NCBI GenBank assembly: GCA_964513145.1
Contig: CAZELK010000010.1
Coordinates: forward strand, 1-14,521
Length of the DNA: 14,521 nt
From: Candidatus Woesearchaeota archaeon
GTDB lineage: Archaea > Nanobdellota > Nanobdellia > SCGC-AAA011-G17 > JACPIM01
Reading direction: 5' to 3'
Shown here: one piece after another, positions 7,621 to 14,418 of the stretch
Layout: each line of letters begins with the position of its first letter
How positions within the stretch are numbered: position 1 is the first letter of the stretch
Notes under the pieces: model-generated
Databases searched by the model: none
Seen by the model: the letters and a program-made list of their open reading frames with translations, nothing else
Told to the model about the DNA's origin: nothing
Program-made: the position numbers and the translations under genes

Positions 7621-8303
7621 TTAGAAATCTTCTAATTTTTTTTGTTTTTTCTCAGCTATTAAATTTTTATACGTTGACCATGATTTCCTTATTATTTCTG
7701 GGTATTTTTCGTGATTTTCTCTTAGGAATTTTTGACAAACTGGGTTAGATGGATATCCGCTACCAATCGATTCTCCAACTAATTTTTCGATTTTCTCAAC
7801 TTCTTCTTCTCTTCTAGATTTTGCAAGAATTGAGGCAGCAGCTACTTCAATAAATTTCAGTTCTGTTTTGTGATCTAAAATTATTTCTGGTTTATGAATT
7901 AATTTTCTTAATAAGAATTTTTTAAAAGCCGGAATATTTGGACTTGGACAGTCAATAACAACTTTATCTGGTTTTAATTCGTTTATTATTTCAGCTTGCT
8001 TTATTGCTTCAAGCCAATTTAAATTTAAACCATCTCCCCCACCAACAGATCTATCAATCTCTATTGGTTGAACAATAATAACCTTATATGATTTTGCTAT
8101 TTCTTTTATTTCTTTAGCTAACTTGTGAATTTTTTTAATTGCTAATAATTTAGAATCTGTTACTCCTAATCTTTTTAATTTAATTAAATCCTTTTCTTCA
8201 AACATAGCTCCAGCTACTATCAGAGGACCGATGATTGGACCTTTCGGTTTATTAATTAAATGACTAATAATCTACCGGCTTCATCGATACCCAAAGTAAA
8301 CAT
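7621..8303 (-). CDS. rnhB: Ribonuclease HII, interrupted by a predicted 29-nt BHB intron (exon 1: 8303-8272; exon 2: 8242-7621; spliced product 217 aa)
   Basis: The ATG at 8303 reads MFTLGIDEAGR. After the insertion the sequence continues GPIIGPLIVAGA into the 194-aa track ORF (GVTDSK, VVIDCPS, VAAASILAK, GSGYPS). Joining gives the canonical GIDEAGRGPxxGPLxVAG motif. TTAATATA lies 30 nt upstream of 8303. Confidence 0.9.
8243..8271 (-). other. Predicted bulge-helix-bulge (tRNA-type) intron, 29 nt
   Basis: Minus strand: exon CGGU, bulge AG|A, stem UUAUUAGU, loop CAUUUA, stem AUUAAUAA, ACCG, bulge AA|A, exon GGUCCA. This gives a 4-bp central helix (CGGU/ACCG), two 3-nt bulges and an 8-bp intron stem. 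Cutting after the second nucleotide of each bulge yields AGA-GGU (Arg-Gly) in frame. Confidence 0.85.
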
Positions 8304-8325
8304 AAGAATAACTTTAGAAATTAAC

Positions 8326-8338
8326 TATATTAATTTTT
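8326..8338 (-). promoter_or_regulatory. TATA box for rnhB (probably leaderless transcript)
   Basis: Minus strand AAAAA-TTAATATA with the first T 30 nt before the ATG at 8303. The same spacing occurs for ftsY and the antitoxin gene. Confidence 0.55.
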
Positions 8339-8342
8339 AGTT

Positions 8343-9419
8343 TTACAAATCCAGACTTTTTATTATTTCTTCCTTATCAAATTCTTTTAAATCTTTTATA
8401 TTCTGGCCAGTCCCCAAAAATAGAATTGGTTTTTTAAGAATGTATGCTGCTGACAATAAAGCACCACCTTTTTCATAAATATCTGCCTTTGTTATAATTA
8501 TGGCATCTACTTTGGCTGCTTTATTGAATTCTTCTACTTGCTGGACAATATCAGAACCAGTCATTGCATCAAGAACTAATATATTAAGGTCGGGTTTATT
8601 TACACGTATAATTTTTTTAAGTTCATTTAACAAATCCTGATTATTATGCAAACGACCAGCGGTATCTGCTAAAACAACATCATAATTTTTTGCTTTTGCA
8701 GAATTTATTGCATCAAATATTACTGAACAACTATCCCCACCAAAGTTACCTTTTATGACTGGGACTTCTATTTTTTTTGAATATTCTACTAATTGTGATG
8801 ATCCTGCAGCCCTAAACGTGTCTGCTGCAGCTAATATGACTTTATACTTTTCTTCCTTTAAGAAGTTGGCGAGCTTTGCGATAGTCAAGCTTTTTCCAAC
8901 ACCATTATAACCCAAAATTAAAATTATAAATGGCTGTTTCTTGCTCTCTTTTATTAGATCCGACAAATTTATTTTTTCCATAGACAATATGTCTTCAAGT
9001 GCTTTTTTTAAAGAAGTGATAATTATTTTTGATATTTCATTTCTTTTTATTGGAATGTCAACCAAATCCTTTTGTAGTTCTCTCTTTATTCTCTCTACAA
9101 CTTCCTGAGCAACATTACTTTCAAGCAAAACCAATTCAATTTCCAAGAATAATTCATTAAATTTTTCTAAAGTAATTTTTTTTAATGTTACTTTTTCCCG
9201 GAGTTTTTCAAAAATAGATTTTTTTGGTTCTTCTTCTATTTCTTCAGTGATTTCTTCTTCAACCTTTTCTTTTTTATATGCTTTTATTTCTTTTATTTCT
9301 GCAGGTTCTTCTGCTTTTTTATGCTCAATTTTTTCTATAGGCTTCTCTACTTCAGTTTCTGCCTTTTTTGTTACGCTTGATATTACATCTTTTAATTTAT
9401 CTTTTAAAAATTTAAACAT
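8343..9419 (-). CDS. ftsY: Signal recognition particle receptor FtsY
   Basis: The track ORF opens at TTG 9440; the likely start is the ATG at 9419 (MFKFLKDKLK). It has an acidic N-region, G1 GYNGVGKS, DTFRAA, DTAGR, TKAD and KGGALLS, which are SRP-GTPase motifs, and no C-terminal M domain. Confidence 0.95.
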   Translation of the reverse strand: MFKFLKDKLKDVISSVTKKAETEVEKPIEKIEHKKAEEPAEIKEIKAYKKEKVEEEITEEIEEEPKKSIFEKLREKVTLKKITLEKFNELFLEIELVLLESNVAQEVVERIKRELQKDLVDIPIKRNEISKIIITSLKKALEDILSMEKINLSDLIKESKKQPFIILILGYNGVGKSLTIAKLANFLKEEKYKVILAAADTFRAAGSSQLVEYSKKIEVPVIKGNFGGDSCSVIFDAINSAKAKNYDVVLADTAGRLHNNQDLLNELKKIIRVNKPDLNILVLDAMTGSDIVQQVEEFNKAAKVDAIIITKADIYEKGGALLSAAYILKKPILFLGTGQNIKDLKEFDKEEIIKSLDL

Positions 9420-9441
9420 AAAATTAATATGATTTCGCAAG

Positions 9442-9449
9442 ATTTATAA
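9442..9449 (-). promoter_or_regulatory. TATA box for ftsY
   Basis: Minus strand TTATAAAT, 30 nt upstream of the ATG at 9419. Confidence 0.5.
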
Positions 9450-9525
9450 CATTTATCTTTGTTCTTCGAAGAGATTTCGATATTTCTTGAGTAATATTTA
9501 TTAAGAAGCTAATTTATCTTATTTT

Positions 9526-9846
9526 ATGGATAAAGAAAGATTTTGGGATATACTTGCTTGGATAGGATTTGGAATTGTGGTGATGTATTTTTTCTTAAAG
9601 GCTTTCGGAGTTTTAAATAGCCCCTTATCAGCTGACATTGTAACTATAATTGGCGGAAGCATTTTCATTGGAAGACATATACAAAAAGTCGAACATATAT
9701 CAAAACATGCTGATAAAAGTGATAATCGACTTAGCTTTTTAGAAAATAAAGTTAATGATATTGATAATAAATTATTTGTTGTTGAAAATAGGTTAGTTGC
9801 TGTTGAAAATAGGTTAGTTGCTGTTGAAAGAATTGTTAATGTATAA
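9526..9846 (+). CDS. Small membrane protein with a C-terminal heptad coiled coil
   Basis: 106 aa with two N-terminal hydrophobic segments, then LENKVND/IDNKLFV/VENRLVA/VENRLVA/VERIVNV heptads. TTTATTAA lies 29 nt upstream. Confidence 0.7.
   Translation: MDKERFWDILAWIGFGIVVMYFFLKAFGVLNSPLSADIVTIIGGSIFIGRHIQKVEHISKHADKSDNRLSFLENKVNDIDNKLFVVENRLVAVENRLVAVERIVNV
9781..9829 (+). repeat. In-frame 21-bp tandem repeat (two full copies plus 7 nt)
   Basis: GTTGAAAATAGGTTAGTTGCT occurs exactly at 9781-9801 and 9802-9822, followed by GTTGAAA. Confidence 0.95.
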
Positions 9847-9866
9847 TTTTGCGTTTACTAAATCAC

Positions 9867-9892
9867 AAAGTTTAAATATAACCAAATATAAC
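9867..9892 (+). promoter_or_regulatory. Promoter of the toxin-antitoxin operon with a possible operator repeat
   Basis: AAAG-TTTAAATA (9871-9878) lies 30 nt before the ATG at 9901. AAATATAAC is repeated directly at 9874-9882 and 9884-9892. Confidence 0.55.
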
Positions 9893-9900
9893 TATGTATA

Positions 9901-10119
9901 ATGGAATTAAAGGTAATAACAAAGAAATGGGGAAATTCTTTAGGAGTTATTCTGCCTAAACTAATTGTAGATACTAAAAAGATTAAAGAAAATGAGGAAA
10001 TAATTATAGAGTTGAAAAATATAACAACTACTGGGGATTTTTTTGGAAAGTTTCCAGAATTGAAGATAAAAAAGACAGCACAAGAATTAAAAGATGAAAT
10101 GAGAAAAGGATGGAAATAA
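9901..10119 (+). CDS. vapB: AbrB/MazE/SpoVT-family antitoxin (VapB-type)
   Basis: 72 aa with the swapped-hairpin signature ITKKWGNSLGVILPK...IKENEEIIIEL and C-terminal KTAQELKDEMRKGW. It overlaps the downstream PIN gene by 10 nt. Confidence 0.85.
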   Translation: MELKVITKKWGNSLGVILPKLIVDTKKIKENEEIIIELKNITTTGDFFGKFPELKIKKTAQELKDEMRKGWK

Positions 10120-10481
10120 AGAAGTATTTCTTTGATAGTTATGCTATTATAGAACTTATTTATGGCAGCCCAGCCTATGCTAAATTTATAAATGAACCTG
10201 TTACAATTACTATCTTTAATCTTGCTGAAATATACTGGTCGGCTATACTAAATTTGGAGGAAAAAAAGGCAGATGACCTTTATAATAAATATTCATCCTG
10301 CGTTGTTGAAGTTTCTGATGATGTATTAAAAGAAGCAATGAAATTCAGAAAAAAATATAAGAAAAATGATCTTTCATATGCTGACTGCATCGGTTACATC
10401 TGTGCTTTAAAAAATAATATGCGATTTATTACTGGTGATAAAGAATTTCAAAATTTGGAAAATGTTGAGTTTATTAAATAA
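10110..10481 (+). CDS. vapC: PIN-domain ribonuclease toxin VapC
   Basis: 123 aa with the PIN acidic pattern YFFDSYAIIE, NLAE, LSYADCIGY and FITGDKEF. It is translationally coupled to the antitoxin. Confidence 0.9.
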   Translation: MEIKKYFFDSYAIIELIYGSPAYAKFINEPVTITIFNLAEIYWSAILNLEEKKADDLYNKYSSCVVEVSDDVLKEAMKFRKKYKKNDLSYADCIGYICALKNNMRFITGDKEFQNLENVEFIK

Positions 10482-10484
10482 ATT

Positions 10485-11426
10485 TTAAGGTATAATCTTG
10501 TTTTTTGTGTTTATTAAAGCCCATTCTACCAATAATAAGATTAAGGCTATAAACAAGAGAGAGAACGACGTATTAAATGAAATACTTTTTTTATTTAATT
10601 TTGCTATTTCATTAAAAGAATCTTTTAATTTTTCTTTTGTTTCTGTTTTAAAATAATTGCCCCCTGTTTTCAATGCTATGGTCTTTAATGTTTCCTCATC
10701 TAATTTAGCAATTACATCAGTGCCAATAAACTGGCCTCCTTCTTCAGTACCAATACCTATTGTATTTATTATGATGTTATTCTGGCGGGCATAATTTATT
10801 GCATCTGGCAATGGTATACCAATATTGCTCTGACCATCTGTTATCAAAACCATTATTTTTGACCTATCATCTTTTTCATTTATGAGCATGTTTGTTGAAG
10901 TTATTATGGCATTCCCAATGTCTGTACCGCCAATTTGAGATATGTCTAATTTTGCAATTGAAGACCTTATTTTATTAAAATCATTTTCCAAATTGCTCTC
11001 TATTAATACAACTCCTGAAAAAGATACCAGACCTACTTTTGTTTCTATTGGTATATATTCCAGAAAAGAGTATAATGTTTCTTTTGCAGCATCAATCCTA
11101 TTTGGAATCAAGTCCTGGACAAGCATGCTAGCTGATGTGTCCAAGGCAAGAACATAATCAGAATCTGTTGATTTGCCTAAATAAGTTATTGTAGCGCCAG
11201 AAACTGATAAAACAATAAATAATAATATTAACAACCTAAATACCAATAAAAAAACATTTTTCTGAATAAACTGACCTCCACTTACTCTTGAAATTGCCTC
11301 GAAATTTGCAAATTTTAAAGCCTTTTTTTTAGTTGCCTTAAAGTTTACTGAATTTGATATAATCAGAACAGGCAAGCTAAGCAAAAACCACAAATAAACT
11401 GGGTTTGTAAAACTTATCTCGACCAT
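10485..11426 (-). CDS. BatA-like von Willebrand factor A domain membrane protein
   Basis: N-terminal FTNPVYLWFLLSLP (BatA-type N-terminus), a second TM helix, MIDAS DTSAS with TDIG and ITDG, TIGIG, and a C-terminal TM helix. The start overlaps the DUF58 stop. Confidence 0.88.
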   Translation of the reverse strand: MVEISFTNPVYLWFLLSLPVLIISNSVNFKATKKKALKFANFEAISRVSGGQFIQKNVFLLVFRLLILLFIVLSVSGATITYLGKSTDSDYVLALDTSASMLVQDLIPNRIDAAKETLYSFLEYIPIETKVGLVSFSGVVLIESNLENDFNKIRSSIAKLDISQIGGTDIGNAIITSTNMLINEKDDRSKIMVLITDGQSNIGIPLPDAINYARQNNIIINTIGIGTEEGGQFIGTDVIAKLDEETLKTIALKTGGNYFKTETKEKLKDSFNEIAKLNKKSISFNTSFSLLFIALILLLVEWALINTKNKIIP

Positions 11427-12307
11427 TTCTGCCTCTTTTTAAAAAAATTTAATACTGGGATAAGGAACTGCTGATTTGTATCTAATTTTAGAAATGATGC
11501 TCTTGAGCCTGAAAATGCAGTTTCAATATAATTTTCCTGTTTTTCTGAAAACAGCCTATATTTTTCTCTTATTAATGGACTTGGGTCGAGAATTATTTGT
11601 TCATCTGTAAACGGGTCTGCTATTAAAACCATATCTGAATCTTCTGGTATTTCCCTATCCCTCGGGTCTCTTACCATAACACCAATTATATCCAATTTGT
11701 AGGCAGCTTTTTTCAGCTGATCCTGCCAATTGCCTTTTAAACCAATAAAATCCGAAACAATAATAAGAATTGAGTTTTTCTTTAAAAGTCTGGCTGATTT
11801 TTCCAATGCTAATTCTAAATTGTAACTACCGCCGTAATTGTCAGGATTAATCAGGGTTTTCGATAACTGGTAGAAAATATTTTTATTAACTGCTGGCTGA
11901 ACTATATTAGATATTGTATCTGAAAATAAAGCGTAACCTACGCTGTCTCCAACATTTAAAATTGCGTAGGCAAGTGTACATACTAACTCAGCTACATATT
12001 CATTTTTTAATTTTTGTGTAGAACCAAAAACCATTGACGAGCTTACATCAATTAAAAAAAATATTTCCAGATTTCTTTCTTCAACAAACTGCTTTATCAT
12101 CGGCTTGTTTAATCTTACAGTTGTTTTCCAGTCAATTAATGAAGCATCATCTGCAGGAGTATATTCCCGAAAACTGCTAAATTCAAGTCCTTTAGATTTT
12201 ACACTTGTCCTGTATTGACCAAGGAATTTTGTGTTTACTATTCTTTTTGAAAATATTTCTAATTTTTTTATTCCCTGAGACAGATCAACATTTAATTTTC
12301 GAGTCAT
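11414..12307 (-). CDS. DUF58 family protein (MoxR-associated)
   Basis: GLEFSSFREYTPADDASLIDWK, FVEERN, LIDVSSSM and IVSDF motifs. The track ORF opens at 12331; the ATG at 12307 sits 1 nt after the moxR stop and is the likely start. Confidence 0.88.
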   Translation of the reverse strand: MTRKLNVDLSQGIKKLEIFSKRIVNTKFLGQYRTSVKSKGLEFSSFREYTPADDASLIDWKTTVRLNKPMIKQFVEERNLEIFFLIDVSSSMVFGSTQKLKNEYVAELVCTLAYAILNVGDSVGYALFSDTISNIVQPAVNKNIFYQLSKTLINPDNYGGSYNLELALEKSARLLKKNSILIIVSDFIGLKGNWQDQLKKAAYKLDIIGVMVRDPRDREIPEDSDMVLIADPFTDEQIILDPSPLIREKYRLFSEKQENYIETAFSGSRASFLKLDTNQQFLIPVLNFFKKRQKWSR

Positions 12308-12308
12308 T

Positions 12309-13301
12309 TTACGGTACCGGTATTTTAGCAAGAATTTCAGTTATTATTTCGTCCTTGTTTATTCCTTCAGCTTCTCCTTCATAATTTAAAATTATTCTAT
12401 GCCTTAAAACTTCATGAGCTATATTTTTTATATGCTGGGGTGTTACAAAATTCTCCCCATTAAGAAGTGCTTCTGCTTTGCCAGAAATATAAAGTGCCAA
12501 AGCGCCTCGCGGAGAAGAGCCAGAACTTATATATTTTCCAAAATTCAATTTATATTTGTGGGGGTTTCTTGTAGACTCAATTATATGCAAAAGATAATCC
12601 TCGACTTTCGGGCTACAATATACTGACTTAACTGTTTTTTGCAAATCCAGTATTTCTTTTGGATTAAGAATTGGTTTAATATTAAAATCCTCAAATCTGT
12701 GCAATGATATGTTTGTTTTTAAAATAAGCCTTTCTTCCTCTATTGTTGGGTATTTTATTATTAATTTAAATAAAAATCTGTCAATCTGGGCTGCAGGAAG
12801 ATTATATACTCCTTCGCTTTCCAATGGATTTGAACTAGCCATTACAAAAAAAGGCAGGTCCAACTTGTAAGTTTCACGACCTATTGTTACCTGCCTTTCC
12901 TGCATTGCTTCCAATAATGCTGACTGGACTTTTGGTGCAGCCCTGTTTATTTCATCTGCAATTATAAAATTTGCAAAAATCGGACCCTTAACTGTATAGA
13001 ATTCTTTTGTTTTTTCATTATAAGCAGTTATACCAGTAATATCTGCTGGCAATAAATCAGCTAAAAATTGTATTCTTTTTGATGTGCATCCAGTTACAGC
13101 TGCAAATGTCCTGATTAAAAGTGTTTTTGCCAGACCAGGAAGACCTTCTACAAGTATATGGCCATCGCATAAAACCCCCCTTAACAGACTCTCTACAATC
13201 TTGTGCTGACCAACAACAATTTTTGCTATTTCTGTTTTTACTTTATTTAGTTTTTCCTGATGAAGCTTCACCTCTTCTAATGTTAATGCTGACATAATCA
13301 C
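12309..13301 (-). CDS. moxR: MoxR-family AAA+ ATPase
   Basis: VVGQ, GHILVEGLPGLAKT (Walker A), RIQFLADLLPADITG, GPIFANFIIADEINRA (Walker B), QSALLEAMQERQVTI, NPLESEGVYNLPAAQIDRF, SPRG and LRHRI. Alternative start at 13295. Confidence 0.95.
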   Translation of the reverse strand: MIMSALTLEEVKLHQEKLNKVKTEIAKIVVGQHKIVESLLRGVLCDGHILVEGLPGLAKTLLIRTFAAVTGCTSKRIQFLADLLPADITGITAYNEKTKEFYTVKGPIFANFIIADEINRAAPKVQSALLEAMQERQVTIGRETYKLDLPFFVMASSNPLESEGVYNLPAAQIDRFLFKLIIKYPTIEEERLILKTNISLHRFEDFNIKPILNPKEILDLQKTVKSVYCSPKVEDYLLHIIESTRNPHKYKLNFGKYISSGSSPRGALALYISGKAEALLNGENFVTPQHIKNIAHEVLRHRIILNYEGEAEGINKDEIITEILAKIPVP

Positions 13302-13360
13302 TATAAACCATATAGACTAATTTATATAGTTTATGTGGGTTTTTAGACTTCTTCTAAAAT

Positions 13361-13372
13361 AAAGTTTAAATA
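13361..13372 (+). promoter_or_regulatory. BRE-TATA for ORF 13396
   Basis: AAAG-TTTAAATA with the first T 31 nt before the ATG at 13396. Confidence 0.55.
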
Positions 13373-13395
13373 CAGTATTAATCTAAATTAAATAA

Positions 13396-14418
13396 ATGAA
13401 AAGAGGCTATATAATCATATTTTTAGTTTTACTTTTTATAATTAGTGTTAATGCCCAAAATGAAAAAAACTTACGTGTAAGAGTAGACACCAAATTATTA
13501 AATGAAACTGGAGTAATAATTAATTTAGTAGAAATTCTTGGTCCAAGCAATGAATACTATGTTATTAATAAAATCAGCAATGTAAGGGTAATAATCGAAA
13601 ATGGGCTGGGTATTGCCAAAATTATTCCAGTAAAAGGCAAAAATGGCACAGAAACTGTTATTTTTTCTACAAATAAAACAAGTGAACTGCCTTCTGAAAA
13701 AAAAGAATATCTAGTTGGTGGCGATATATTCTCTTTTGAAGATAATAAAACTACCAATAATTATCTTTTTGATTCTATAAAGCATCTTGATTTGAAAAAA
13801 GAGAAACTTGATTTTGCTTTGGTTAATTTCTCTGAAGGGAGACTTTCTATAAACCTGAATAATATCAGCAACATTCTTCTTAAATTGGAAAGAAATGAAA
13901 ATAATCTTATATTAAAAAATGTTAACATAAACTTTTCTGAAAGCAGCAATGATGAGAAATATTTATTCTATAAAAAAGAGGAAGCTGATTATATCTCATT
14001 TTTATCTCGGATAATAATCCCTTTTTTATCTGCATTACTTCTTGCTGTTCTGATTTTTTTAATTAAAAAATTATTAAAAAGAACTGCTGTAATAAACAAA
14101 GATGAATTTAAGAAAGTTTACATAAATAAGCTGCATATTTTGAAAAGAAGCTGCTATCCAAACAATATAGATCATATTTTTGATGAATTTTCAACAAGCA
14201 TGAGGACTTTTTTATCAAAAATATTGAATATAAAATATCAGTTTACTTATGATGAATTAATAAATGAGTTAATAATTAAACAAGCTGACAAAAACATAAG
14301 GAATGACCTAATAAAATTTGCCAAAATCATGCTTGAAAAAAGCTATAAAAAGAAACCACATATTGATGAACTGAAAGAACTTATTGAAAAAGGAATTGAC
14401 ATAATAAAAAATTTTTAA
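13396..14418 (+). CDS. Secreted, single-TM protein with a C-terminal helical domain resembling Bat-operon accessory proteins
   Basis: Signal peptide (MKRGYIIIFLVLLFIISVNA|Q), TM helix IIIPFLSALLLAVLIFLI and a cytoplasmic EFSTSMRTFLSKILNIKYQFTYDELINEL. The last segment resembles the 'S..lR.yl.......T..El' pattern of DUF4381/BatD-like proteins. The family is recognised by eye only. Confidence 0.65.
   Translation: MKRGYIIIFLVLLFIISVNAQNEKNLRVRVDTKLLNETGVIINLVEILGPSNEYYVINKISNVRVIIENGLGIAKIIPVKGKNGTETVIFSTNKTSELPSEKKEYLVGGDIFSFEDNKTTNNYLFDSIKHLDLKKEKLDFALVNFSEGRLSINLNNISNILLKLERNENNLILKNVNINFSESSNDEKYLFYKKEEADYISFLSRIIIPFLSALLLAVLIFLIKKLLKRTAVINKDEFKKVYINKLHILKRSCYPNNIDHIFDEFSTSMRTFLSKILNIKYQFTYDELINELIIKQADKNIRNDLIKFAKIMLEKSYKKKPHIDELKELIEKGIDIIKNF

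Noticed and set aside
7621-8205. rnhB as a standalone 194-aa CDS starting at ATG 8205, or as a simple pseudogene
   Set aside because: This ORF lacks the catalytic DEAGRGP motif, which is present upstream in two pieces that rejoin exactly at BHB cut sites. The GGAG before 8205 is only 2 nt from the ATG, too close for a normal SD.
8243-8271. Programmed frameshift, translational bypass or homopolymer sequencing error as the cause of the rnhB break
   Set aside because: There are 29 extra nucleotides containing an in-frame TAA, not a 1-2 nt slip, and they form a structured BHB. Bypass cannot be formally excluded without RNA data, but splicing explains both boundaries with a known mechanism.
8828-8900. 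FtsY motif deviations (GKSLT instead of GKTTT; RAAGSSQL instead of RAAAxEQL)
   Set aside because: The core GTPase motifs DTFR, DTAGR and TKxD are intact, so this is plausibly ordinary divergence in a fast-evolving lineage.
9463-9472. Perfect 10-bp palindrome TCTTCGAAGA between the divergent ftsY and ORF 9526 promoters
   Set aside because: It is a single short palindrome with no second copy or associated regulator, and is compatible with chance.
972-13949. Short antisense or alternative-frame ORFs in the track (for example 972-1199, 4341-4667, 5115-5612, 6072-6425, 9247-9432, 10942-11157, 12414-12626, 13557-13949)
   Set aside because: They lie wholly within longer recognisable genes. Their Phe/Ser/Leu/Ile-rich composition is the expected mirror of Lys/Glu-rich sense codons.
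574-14418. All 14 called genes end in TAA, raising the idea of stop-codon reassignment
   Set aside because: A TAA bias is expected at this AT content. Conserved proteins are full length under code 11, with no in-frame TGA or TAG needing read-through.
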